Assembly (NCBI GenBank): GCA_017652685.1
Contig: JAGCAN010000001.1
Span: forward strand, 17,311-81,310
Direction of reading: 5' to 3'
DNA length: 64,000 bases
DNA from: Oscillospiraceae bacterium
GTDB taxonomy: Bacteria > Bacillota > Clostridia > Oscillospirales > Oscillospiraceae
Below, one piece after another: positions 41,390 to 49,528 of this stretch. The notes under the pieces were generated by a model. It made no database searches, was not told where the DNA came from, and was given only the letters and a program-made list of their open reading frames with translations. The position numbers and the translations under genes are program-made. Within the stretch, counting starts at the first letter, position 1, and each line of letters starts with the position of its first letter.

Positions 41390-42829
41390 ATGAGAAAATT
41401 TATTGATGTATCAGAACATAACACCATAGACTGGGCTAAGGCGAAAAAAGAAGTCGATGCAGCATATATCAGGTGCGGCCTCCGCGGATCCTTGGCGAAG
41501 ACCGCCCCGCAGGACTACAAGAAGATCCGGACGGACAAGAAGTGGGCGGAGAACCTCCGCGCCGTCCAGGAGTATGGGATCCCATTCGGAGCCTATTACT
41601 TCCCGACTGCAATCACGACCGAGGAGGCGACTGAGGGCGCGAAGTGGTTCTATGAGAAGATCAAGGATCTGAAAATGTCCTACCCGCCCATGCTCGACTC
41701 GGAGAATGTGTGGGGTGATGACCGGGAGCCCGGCCGGGCCAACAGCCTGAGCCGGGAAGAACGCACCAGGCTGCTCAAGATCGTGACGGATTACTTCAAT
41801 GAGCACGGCATGAATATCGGGGTCTATGCGTCGGCAAGCTGGTTCAAAAGTAAACTCGATATGTCTGCCTTCCCGCGGCGTGTCAGGGACTGCACGTGGG
41901 TCGCTGACAGCACTGGCGCTGTAGACTACGACGGATACTACTGGCTCCACCAGTACGGCAAAGGCCCCGTCGCTGGGAGCGCCAAAGACATAGACCTTAA
42001 CAAAATCTGCGCAACTATCCCGCCTGTTATTATTAAGGAAGCGTCTAAGGTGCAGGCCTTCCCGACGACGGATCCTGTGCAGATCTCGAACTCCGGATCC
42101 GACGAAAACGGCACCTATAGAGGCGGGAAAGCCGGTGATCAGACCGGGAATGAGTGGCGTAGACGCGACTGGTATAACCGCCCCTGGAACTGTGTCCTGA
42201 GACATCCTGATGCTGCTGTGCGGGCATGTATCGCGGAGCTTGCGATAAAGGCGGCGGATAATGACAAGATCGGATACGATCAGAACCAGCGGTTTACATA
42301 CTGGACAGAACTGCAAAAGGCAGGATTTGATCCTAGTAAGATCCGGACAGCCTGCGAGGCAGACTGCAGCGCAGGTGTGATCGCCAATGTGCGAGCCGCG
42401 GGATACATATTGGGCCGGAAGGAGCTGAAAGAAATCAGCGCCACATATACGGGCAACATGCGCAGCGCTTTCAAGGCCGCAGGATTCCGAGTGCTTACTG
42501 ATTCAAGGTATACCGATCAGGATGACTATCTGCTCGCAGGTGACATCCTGCTCAATGATGTCCATCATACGGCGACGGCGATAACAAATGGACGTTTCTC
42601 CGGAGCCGCACCCGCAGAAAAGGAGGAATACGATATGCCGGAAATCAAAAAAGGATCACAGGGCAAAGCAGTCAAGGTCCTGCAGGTCATCCTCGGAGGG
42701 CTAAATGTTGATGGCGATTTCGGCTGGAAAACGCTGAACGCCGTGATCGAGTTTCAGAAAACCCATAGTCTTACTGCTGATGGGATTGTCGGTCCGAAGA
42801 CATGGGCGGAGCTGCTTGGCACTTTATAA
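41390..42829 (+). CDS. Endolysin 2: GH25 muramidase, central domain, C-terminal PG_binding_1
   Basis: 'IDVSEHNTIDWAKAKKEVDAAYIRCG'. C-terminal 'GDFGWKTLNAVIEFQKTHSLTADGIVGPKTWAEL'. Confidence 0.85.
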   Translation: MRKFIDVSEHNTIDWAKAKKEVDAAYIRCGLRGSLAKTAPQDYKKIRTDKKWAENLRAVQEYGIPFGAYYFPTAITTEEATEGAKWFYEKIKDLKMSYPPMLDSENVWGDDREPGRANSLSREERTRLLKIVTDYFNEHGMNIGVYASASWFKSKLDMSAFPRRVRDCTWVADSTGAVDYDGYYWLHQYGKGPVAGSAKDIDLNKICATIPPVIIKEASKVQAFPTTDPVQISNSGSDENGTYRGGKAGDQTGNEWRRRDWYNRPWNCVLRHPDAAVRACIAELAIKAADNDKIGYDQNQRFTYWTELQKAGFDPSKIRTACEADCSAGVIANVRAAGYILGRKELKEISATYTGNMRSAFKAAGFRVLTDSRYTDQDDYLLAGDILLNDVHHTATAITNGRFSGAAPAEKEEYDMPEIKKGSQGKAVKVLQVILGGLNVDGDFGWKTLNAVIEFQKTHSLTADGIVGPKTWAELLGTL

Positions 42830-42877
42830 TATGGAGAAAAAGAATTTCTGCATGCATATCTTTTTCAAATATAAGAA

Positions 42878-42910
42878 CCCCGGGGAGAAAATCCCTGGGG
42901 CTCTTTTTTT
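42878..42910. terminator. Terminator between convergent lysis and minus-strand genes
   Basis: CCCCGGGGA-gaaaa-TCCCTGGGG followed by CTCTTTTTTT. Confidence 0.65.
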
Positions 42911-43241
42911 ATCTCTTATATAATCCGAGCAGTTCCTGCATCATCATCTTTGTATATTCAGGACACTCACGTTCTCCGGTGCACCAGTTCCCAAAGGTCC
43001 TGCGGGGGATCCCGAAATAGTCCGCCATAGCATTCTGGCTCTTTCCTGCCATCCGGCAGATGTCCTTGACGGAGCGGTGGGCAGCTGCCCATATCTGATG
43101 GAGCCATTCAATACGTTCTGCTGGAATCTCTTCCACATCATCCTCCCATATAGAGGAGAGTGCAAGATCAGAAACAAATGCGTCCTTATCAGAATAGTTG
43201 TACGCCTCGCTGAGGCACATGTGATAAATTCTGTTATCCAT
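42909..43241 (-). CDS. HTH-domain protein (110 aa)
   Basis: C-terminal 'NAMADYFGIPRRTFGNWCTGERECPEY' HTH-like motif. Confidence 0.55.
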   Translation of the reverse strand: MDNRIYHMCLSEAYNYSDKDAFVSDLALSSIWEDDVEEIPAERIEWLHQIWAAAHRSVKDICRMAGKSQNAMADYFGIPRRTFGNWCTGERECPEYTKMMMQELLGLYKR

Positions 43242-43257
43242 TGCGCTCCTCCTTTAA

Positions 43258-43488
43258 TTAACGCTCTGCAAAAGTGATCTTTTTCCAGGGAACCGTGACT
43301 TCCTTGCCGGAAACAGTATCAAAACCTGTCACTGTATCATTCTCGATATCGACTGCTGTAACTTCTTCGATGATCATGTGATATCCGACAACCGATTTGC
43401 CGATAAGGGTTCTAAGTTTATCCTGGTGCTTTCTCTTATTCTCTTCGAGTTTTTCCTGGCTGGGTCTCATGCAGTTAAATGTAGTCAT
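43258..43488 (-). CDS. Hypothetical protein (76 aa)
   Basis: The ATG at 43488 is preceded by GGAGGA. The longer ORF-track start is unlikely. Confidence 0.5.
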   Translation of the reverse strand: MTTFNCMRPSQEKLEENKRKHQDKLRTLIGKSVVGYHMIIEEVTAVDIENDTVTGFDTVSGKEVTVPWKKITFAER

Positions 43489-43535
43489 CGTTTTATCCTC
43501 CTTGGTGTTTCCTGTATTTCCCTGTCCTTGATTAT

Positions 43536-43564
43536 ATAATATCACTCATTGAGTGATATGTCAA
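43536..43564 (-). promoter_or_regulatory. Sigma-A-type promoter (TTGACA-17-TATTAT) on the minus strand
   Basis: Minus strand reads ctgTTGACAtatcactcaatgagtgaTATTATataatc. About 45 nt upstream of the ATG at 43488. Confidence 0.6.
43539..43559. promoter_or_regulatory. 21-bp perfect palindromic operator inside the promoter spacer
   Basis: ATATCACTCA-t-TGAGTGATAT. A degenerate second copy lies at 43571-43589. Confidence 0.6.
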
Positions 43565-43657
43565 CAGGAAATTACTCATTGGGTGATATTTTTTGTTGCG
43601 CGAGCGCAAAACTACGTACTAACTGATACCAGACAGATGCTAACCTTCGTTTAGTAC

Positions 43658-44959
43658 TTACAAATATTCAACAAAAAAAGACCTGTCCGGCTGCGGGGTT
43701 ATGGACTTGATTACTGACTGCCACAGGCGGCGCTTCTGAGGTTTATCAAGCGTCTGGTATATTTCATACACGTTCATGCTTAAAAGTGCCTCTATGGCGC
43801 TCGTATCGTGTTCTGCGGGCATCTCAAGAGAGGCAATCTCAGAGCGGTAGCGCTCCAGATCTGACTTATATGTCTCCATGTCGATCAGCTCGTCTATATA
43901 CAGATCCTTGAGACGGGCTATCTTCCGGTAGAGCTTATTTATCTTATCCGTATTGTCCACGGCTTTTACTGATTTCAATTTGAGATACCGCTGTTCAAGA
44001 TCATCCTTAACTGTGGACAGCAGGTACTTTTCGATTTTCCGTTCTGAAAACTGGTGATGATAGTCGCATCTGCCGACATAAGCGTAGCGGCACTTGTACT
44101 GAGTGTAATTGTTCTTTCCGGTTACGCCGACATTCATCACTCGCCCACAGCTCGGGCAGCGCATAAGACCGGTAAAGATGTATGTGTGTTTCTGGCTCTT
44201 CTTGACGTTAATCGGGAGGATACGCTGTACGGCGTCAAATGTCTGCTGGTCTATGATGGCTTCCGTATATCCTGCGATTCCATAAGCCTCTCCAATGTAA
44301 ACACGATTCGAGAGCAGTTTTTTCATACTTGCGTTGGATTGAGGCAGGCCGTAAGGAGCATAGTCCCTGATCAGCTTGCTGATGTTGTTGTGCTGGATAT
44401 AATCGCGGAAAAGGGCCTGCGCGATTGGTGCGCGCTCCGGATCCGCGACAGCGTGCTTGTCAACGATACGGTATCCGTATGTCACGCGCCAGTTCGGCCA
44501 CTCTTTTTTTGACCGTTTGTGGCGCAGGACGTCCTTAATCCTGGCGGAGTCCATATTCGATTCCATTTCCGCGAAGGCCGCGAGGATGGTCAGGGTAAGC
44601 TTCCCGGTAGGCGTACTGTTGTCATGGTGCTCCTCTATGGCCCGCCACTCACATTTCTGCTTGTCGAGAAAATCAAATGTATTCATAAGGTGGCGGACGC
44701 TCCGGAAGAAACGGTCCAGGCGTGTGAACAGGATAAGATCGACCTTGCCCGCTTCTACGTCGGACAGGAGCCGCTGGAGCTCGTCACGTTCAGAGAGTTT
44801 TGTGCCGGAAATGCCGTAATCGATATATGTATCCACCAGTACCATGTCTGGATGGGCAGCGACATAATCCCGGAGGGAATGTTCCTGCGATTCCAGGGAC
44901 TGCCCGTCGTTGACCTGATGGATCGTACTGACACGCATGTATAAACCGACCTTTTGCAT
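43658..44959 (-). CDS. int: Large serine recombinase (integrase)
   Basis: 'VGLYMRVSTIHQ', 'LILFTRLDRFFRS', recombinase and zinc-ribbon region 'CPSCGRVM...YKCRY', coiled-coil C-terminus. GGAGG 8 nt before the ATG at 44959. Confidence 0.9.
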   Translation of the reverse strand: MQKVGLYMRVSTIHQVNDGQSLESQEHSLRDYVAAHPDMVLVDTYIDYGISGTKLSERDELQRLLSDVEAGKVDLILFTRLDRFFRSVRHLMNTFDFLDKQKCEWRAIEEHHDNSTPTGKLTLTILAAFAEMESNMDSARIKDVLRHKRSKKEWPNWRVTYGYRIVDKHAVADPERAPIAQALFRDYIQHNNISKLIRDYAPYGLPQSNASMKKLLSNRVYIGEAYGIAGYTEAIIDQQTFDAVQRILPINVKKSQKHTYIFTGLMRCPSCGRVMNVGVTGKNNYTQYKCRYAYVGRCDYHHQFSERKIEKYLLSTVKDDLEQRYLKLKSVKAVDNTDKINKLYRKIARLKDLYIDELIDMETYKSDLERYRSEIASLEMPAEHDTSAIEALLSMNVYEIYQTLDKPQKRRLWQSVIKSITPQPDRSFFVEYL

Positions 44960-45087
44960 AAAAATAACCTCCAATGGGTTTACTTAATAAGCCCATGAAG
45001 GTTATACTGATTTTAGCTGAGGAATACGTTCCTTCATGGGACTGCTTCTATGATCATCCGTCCTGTTGCCGCAGGGCGGGTGATTTT

Positions 45088-45675
45088 TTATTTGAACGCG
45101 TCTTTCAAAATAGAATTTGCCCCAATATAATCCTGTTGGAAAATCTTTTCGACAGCCCTCCTTAAACTACTGACCAGCTCCTTCGGCTGTTCTCCTTCCA
45201 TTTCAGAAATTTCATAGATTTTATTAATTTCCTTCTTAGTAAGAGAAACTTGTTTATCCTTATATGCCCTGTAAATCACATTGGCGTGCCCTTTTGTCAT
45301 GCTGTAATAAACCATGCGCTCACCGTAAATATCATATGTGACAGAGACATCAAACTTATTGTTCTCTACGATCTTGGCAACAAAAACTGCATTAGGAAAA
45401 GATTCCTTCAAAGATACGGCAGTGCCTTCATGCAGTGTGCCTATGTCCAAACCTGATTTACAGTCTACTACCATGTAAGCAGGACGGCCTTCGTATTCGT
45501 AGTATTCAAGGACAAGCGGAGCTCCCACCTTTAAAGACTTCAATACATCCAATCGTTTCTTCTTAGGGTCCTTCCGGCATTCATATCCAACACCGGCAAT
45601 CCTATTAGTCCTTGTGTCTGCAGGATCACCTGGTACTGATGGCGGCTGAATTTTATACCTGTTAAACAATCCCAT
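45088..45675 (-). CDS. HIRAN-like domain protein (195 aa)
   Basis: 'IAGVGYECRK...LKVGAPLVLEYYEYEGRPAYMVVD..GLDIGTLHEG' resembles HIRAN. AGGAGG 6 nt before the ATG at 45675. Confidence 0.45.
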   Translation of the reverse strand: MGLFNRYKIQPPSVPGDPADTRTNRIAGVGYECRKDPKKKRLDVLKSLKVGAPLVLEYYEYEGRPAYMVVDCKSGLDIGTLHEGTAVSLKESFPNAVFVAKIVENNKFDVSVTYDIYGERMVYYSMTKGHANVIYRAYKDKQVSLTKKEINKIYEISEMEGEQPKELVSSLRRAVEKIFQQDYIGANSILKDAFK

Positions 45676-45883
45676 CGTGTGCCTCCTTTTCAATCTGCTG
45701 TACGTCTTCTCTGCTCCAGTCATTCCGCGTCACATGCTCCAAAGCATGCAGATATGCCTTTACTCTGTCCTGATAGGACAACCGGGCATTAAGGTAGATC
45801 GTAAAGCCTCCACCAATACACGGGGCCACCATTTCCGGCACAGTAGTAGGCAGATCCACCAGGTAAACATAGATGTCATCCAT
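45662..45883 (-). CDS. Short ImmA/IrrE-like protein with HALEH in place of HExxH
   Basis: 'GFTIYLNARLSYQDRVKAYLHALEHVTRNDW'. Overlaps the 3' end of the XRE repressor gene (45876-46250). Confidence 0.5.
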   Translation of the reverse strand: MDDIYVYLVDLPTTVPEMVAPCIGGGFTIYLNARLSYQDRVKAYLHALEHVTRNDWSREDVQQIEKEAHDGIV

Positions 45884-46250
45884 CGGGGTTAGTCTCCTTG
45901 AATCTCTCTAACATATCTGCGGCCATTCTAAGATCTTCAGGCCGGCTGCCTCTGGCAGCGTTAAAGAGCGCACGCTTATCGGGGTCTTCGAAGATTTCCT
46001 GCGCTATTTGTGCTGCCTCTTCATTTATATACCATTGTGGGCTGTTTTGCGGTCCGGTATTTGGGACTCCAATTAAGAAATCTACAGACACGCCAAGATA
46101 CTCCGCTAGGATCTGAAGCTTGTCTGATCTCGGTGTGGTCCCTTTCGTTTTCCATGTGCTTAGAACAGACTGGGCAATTCCGGTATCTTTTGACACTTTA
46201 TAATTCGTCAGTCCTTTCGCTTTTATAACGCTTTCATAATTCTCATACAT
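45876..46250 (-). CDS. XRE-family CI-like repressor
   Basis: 'LTNYKVSKDTGIAQSVLSTWKTKGTTPRSDKLQILAEYLGVSVDFLIG'. Divergent from the Cro-like gene. Confidence 0.75.
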   Translation of the reverse strand: MYENYESVIKAKGLTNYKVSKDTGIAQSVLSTWKTKGTTPRSDKLQILAEYLGVSVDFLIGVPNTGPQNSPQWYINEEAAQIAQEIFEDPDKRALFNAARGSRPEDLRMAADMLERFKETNPDG

Positions 46251-46297
46251 CTCTGCTCACCTTCCCCAAAATACTTCAAAAAATGCAAGCAAAGCTG

Positions 46298-46326
46298 TTG
46301 ACTACTTCAATTAAACGTAGTATACT
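46298..46326 (+). promoter_or_regulatory. Early rightward promoter TTGACT-17-TATACT
   Basis: Read directly. CTTCAA/TTGAAG half-sites lie in and around it, including the palindrome CTTTCAATtATTGAAG at 46325-46340. Confidence 0.6.
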
Positions 46327-46445
46327 TTCAATTATTGAAGCACCCAACAAAAATGCTTCCGGTTTGCGAGTTACTTCTATTTGGCGATTTAAGTATATCA
46401 CAAACTTGAAGCATATTAAAGAGGAAATCAGAAAGGAGGTTTGTG

Positions 46446-46646
46446 ATGTATCAGAGATACGTCGATCTGCTCGAAAAGCACAATACGACCACATATCAGG
46501 TTTGCAAAGAGACCGGCGTCGCACAGAGCACGATCTCAATGTGGAAGACAAGAGCAGAAAAAGACGACAAAGCGACTATCGGCATTTTTGACTTAAAAAA
46601 GATTGCGGATTATTTCAACGTGTCCGTTGACTACTTTTTGACCTGA
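46446..46646 (+). CDS. Cro-like XRE HTH protein
   Basis: 'TTYQVCKETGVAQSTISMWKT...IADYFNVSVDYFL'. RBS aaggagg. Confidence 0.7.
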   Translation: MYQRYVDLLEKHNTTTYQVCKETGVAQSTISMWKTRAEKDDKATIGIFDLKKIADYFNVSVDYFLT

Positions 46647-46658
46647 GGAGGTATGCAG

Positions 46659-46916
46659 ATGATCTGGATAGGATCCTATTTGATTAAGGACGAGGACGGA
46701 GGAGTTACAGCATTCAGCACCGCCGTTAAGGCTGGCGACATCGGCCTTGCGGTTGCAGAAGTCATCAGCTTCATCACCGAGGAACATCCGGACATGGACA
46801 AATTCCTGATCACGGACATTGGTATTGCGGATGCAGATTCTTCGCAGTATATCGGCCATGAATGGATTGATCCGCTGGCTGATGATTACTGGCCAGAAGA
46901 GGAGGCGGCATCATGA
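46659..46916 (+). CDS. Hypothetical protein (about 85 aa)
   Basis: The ATG at 46659 is better spaced from gaggagg than the one at 46653. Confidence 0.5.
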   Translation: MIWIGSYLIKDEDGGVTAFSTAVKAGDIGLAVAEVISFITEEHPDMDKFLITDIGIADADSSQYIGHEWIDPLADDYWPEEEAAS

Positions 46917-47128
46917 AAAGATGGAGAATCGACTATTCGACCAGGTATGTCGATGGTGAGGAAAAGCACGACTACATGTTTGTCGAAGCAGGAAACATCA
47001 CGATCGCACTTGGGACGGCCCTCGCGAAGATCATGCCGGAAGCAAAGACAGATCCGCGGATCAGCGAGCGCGCAGTCTACAACGTAGGGATCTGTGCCAA
47101 CAGCAAAATATTCGAGGTGGCGTTATGA
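46913..47128 (+). CDS. Hypothetical protein (71 aa)
   Basis: ATGA-coupled ORF. Confidence 0.5.
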   Translation: MKRWRIDYSTRYVDGEEKHDYMFVEAGNITIALGTALAKIMPEAKTDPRISERAVYNVGICANSKIFEVAL

Positions 47129-47195
47129 ACTTCAACAAATTTTTGCAGACTCTTGCTGACATCCTCTCAGATGTATATGGCTGTGTGGTGGAGCC

Positions 47196-47399
47196 ATGAC
47201 AGATTGCGCATCCTGCCTCCACTTTTCGGAATGCATGGAGCGCAGAGGCATATGCAGGGAATACAAGTCATTGGATATGGTAAGAAATGAAATCGAACAA
47301 CTCAATGCGAATTTTAAGGCCGCTTCCGGATGTAAAACTCGGACACGGACCGACAAAAGCGGCCCCGGACAACCCGAACATCATCGGCGTGAAGTCTAA
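47196..47399 (+). CDS. Small Cys-rich protein; 3' extent uncertain
   Basis: 'CASCLHFSECMERRGIC'. Overlaps the next ORF by 113 nt. Confidence 0.35.
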   Translation: MTDCASCLHFSECMERRGICREYKSLDMVRNEIEQLNANFKAASGCKTRTRTDKSGPGQPEHHRREV

Positions 47400-47787
47400 C
47401 CACATAAAGGTCAGAGATGTCCCGAAACGGCCAGATGCACTGCAGCGCAGATGGGAAAGCATGCAGCAGGCGACTGAACGCAAGAGCCAAAAAAGGAAAG
47501 AGCGGGAAGCAAAAGCGATAGAACTGTTCAGGCAGGGCAAGTCACTGAAGGAGATCGTAGCGGAAACAGGATGGGGATATTCGACAGTATGCAAGTACAC
47601 CCAGGGCGTGAGTGATTTAAAAAGGAGACCTAAAGGGTCACTGGATGAACAGTTTGTACGGATGTATGAACAGGGGATGGCATACAGCCAGATTGCGAAG
47701 GAGCTTGGTGTTACTAAGGAATATGTATCCAACAAGCTGTCAAGGCTTCGCCGAAAAGAGATGGTCGGCAGGAGGAGGAAGGCATGA
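47287..47787 (+). CDS. DNA-binding protein with two HTH-like segments; start uncertain
   Basis: 'GKSLKEIVAETGWGYSTVCKY' and 'GMAYSQIAKELGVTKEYVSNKL'. Confidence 0.5.
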   Translation: MKSNNSMRILRPLPDVKLGHGPTKAAPDNPNIIGVKSNHIKVRDVPKRPDALQRRWESMQQATERKSQKRKEREAKAIELFRQGKSLKEIVAETGWGYSTVCKYTQGVSDLKRRPKGSLDEQFVRMYEQGMAYSQIAKELGVTKEYVSNKLSRLRRKEMVGRRRKA

Positions 47788-47945
47788 AAGATAAGGCGAT
47801 CATGACAGTGTTTTTAATCAGCTGGCTCGTCTGCGGGTGCAGCGTAGACAAGGCACTCGACGACTGGCGGGCCTGCTGGGTCGCTGTCGTGGCCCTGATC
47901 GTGGCAATCGCCTGCGCGGCAGTGCTCGGATGGAGGGATAAATAA
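47784..47945 (+). CDS. Small membrane/lipoprotein-like protein (53 aa, below ORF-track cutoff)
   Basis: Manual translation MKDKAIMTVFLISWLVCGCSVDK...VVALIVAIACAAVLGW. ATGA-coupled upstream. Confidence 0.4.
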   Translation: MKDKAIMTVFLISWLVCGCSVDKALDDWRACWVAVVALIVAIACAAVLGWRDK

Positions 47946-48191
47946 ATGATGATCACACGGGACTGGGTCAATGACCTCATCAAAGTGGGCGAGGCGCTCA
48001 ACTCCGAAGCGATGCGCCACAACGTCGACAACCTGAGGATCAAGGTGATGCCCGAGCTCGAATATGTCTATATACGGGCATACCGGGACGAAAAACTCGT
48101 GATGAGCGCCCAGCACTTCGGGCTGCTCGATAAGGATGACATAAGGATGGCCACACGGAGAGCTGCCACTCCCACCGGGGACGAAACATAA
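47946..48191 (+). CDS. Hypothetical protein (second copy of 53-298)
   Basis: Identical translation at +47,893. Confidence 0.5.
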   Translation: MMITRDWVNDLIKVGEALNSEAMRHNVDNLRIKVMPELEYVYIRAYRDEKLVMSAQHFGLLDKDDIRMATRRAATPTGDET

Positions 48192-48212
48192 ATACTCCAA
48201 GAGGATTATAGC

Positions 48213-49517
48213 ATGAAAATTAACAGATTAGAGATCGAAAACGTGAAACGGATCCACGCCGTCATGATCGAACCGACAAAGGATGGACTCACGATCATCG
48301 GCGGGAAGAACCGGCAGGGCAAGAGCTCGGTCCTTGACGCGATCGCGTGGGCACTGGGCGGCAACAAGTACAAACCTTCACAGGCGGTCAACGCTGACAG
48401 CACGATCCCGCCGAGGCTCAAGGTGATCATGGACAACGGTCTTGTGGTAGAGCGCAAGGGTAAGAACAGCGACCTCAAGGTCACGGATCCCGAAGGCCAG
48501 AAGGGCGGGCAGCAGCTCCTCGACGAGTTCGTTGAAGAACTCGCGATCAACCTGCCGAAGTTTATGGAAGTTACAGGCAAGGAAAAGGCAAACACCATCC
48601 TGCAGATCATCGGTGTCGGTCCCCAGCTTGCGGAGCTCGATCAGAAGGAAAAGGAACTTTACCAGGAACGGACCTACGTCGGCCGGACAGCCGACCAGAA
48701 AGAGAAGTTCGCGAAGGAACAGCCGTATTACCCGGATGCTCCTGAAGAGCCGGTCAGCGCTTCGGAGCTGATTAAAGAACAGCAGGAGATTCTCGCCAGG
48801 AACGGCCAGCGTCAGCAGTGGGCCCGCGAATATGACAAGATCCTTACAGATCTCGAAAAGAATGAAAATGCAATCGAGGCATATGAGCGCGCACTCAGGG
48901 ATCTTAAGAAAGAACGAGAAACCCTCGAGGAAAGGCGCAAGGCCGCAGAAAAGACTCCGGCAGAGATGAAGATGGAATCTACCGAGGAGCTTGAGCGCTC
49001 GATCGAGTCCATCGAGACGATCAACAGGAAAGTCCGGGCAAACCTCGATAAGGCCAAGGCAGAAGAGGATGCCAAGGAATACCGCAATAAATACCTGTCA
49101 CTCACCAATGAAATTGAGGACATCAGGAAACAGCGGACAGCGCTCCTGGATAATGCGGATCTGCCGCTTCCGGGCCTGTCAGTAAAGGACGGCGAACTGA
49201 TCTACAAGGGACAGATGTGGGACAACATGAGCGGCGCTGAGCAGATGATCGTCTCCACTTCCATCGTGCGGAAGCTCAACCCGAAGTGCGGATTTGTGCT
49301 CCTGGACAAGCTCGAGGCGATGGACCTGGACACGCTCAAAGAGTTCGGGCAGTGGCTTGAGGAGGAAGGCCTGCAGGCGATCGCGACAAGAGTGAGCACC
49401 GGGGACGAGTGCAGCATCGTGATCACGGACGGCTATGTCGAAGGACAGGACGGCGTCTTCGCAAAAGAAGAGCCCGCGCCTAAGACGATCGGATGGTCTG
49501 CCGGCATGGGATTTTAA
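48213..49517 (+). CDS. SMC/Rad50/RecF-like AAA ATPase (second copy of 320-1624)
   Basis: Identical translation at +47,893. Confidence 0.75.
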   Translation: MKINRLEIENVKRIHAVMIEPTKDGLTIIGGKNRQGKSSVLDAIAWALGGNKYKPSQAVNADSTIPPRLKVIMDNGLVVERKGKNSDLKVTDPEGQKGGQQLLDEFVEELAINLPKFMEVTGKEKANTILQIIGVGPQLAELDQKEKELYQERTYVGRTADQKEKFAKEQPYYPDAPEEPVSASELIKEQQEILARNGQRQQWAREYDKILTDLEKNENAIEAYERALRDLKKERETLEERRKAAEKTPAEMKMESTEELERSIESIETINRKVRANLDKAKAEEDAKEYRNKYLSLTNEIEDIRKQRTALLDNADLPLPGLSVKDGELIYKGQMWDNMSGAEQMIVSTSIVRKLNPKCGFVLLDKLEAMDLDTLKEFGQWLEEEGLQAIATRVSTGDECSIVITDGYVEGQDGVFAKEEPAPKTIGWSAGMGF

Positions 49518-49528
49518 GGAGGTAACAC

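Noticed and set aside
44974-45165. 63-aa + strand ORF between the integrase and the HIRAN-like gene
   Set aside because: It sits in an intergenic/antisense position, has no RBS, and spans the minus-strand RBS and hairpins.
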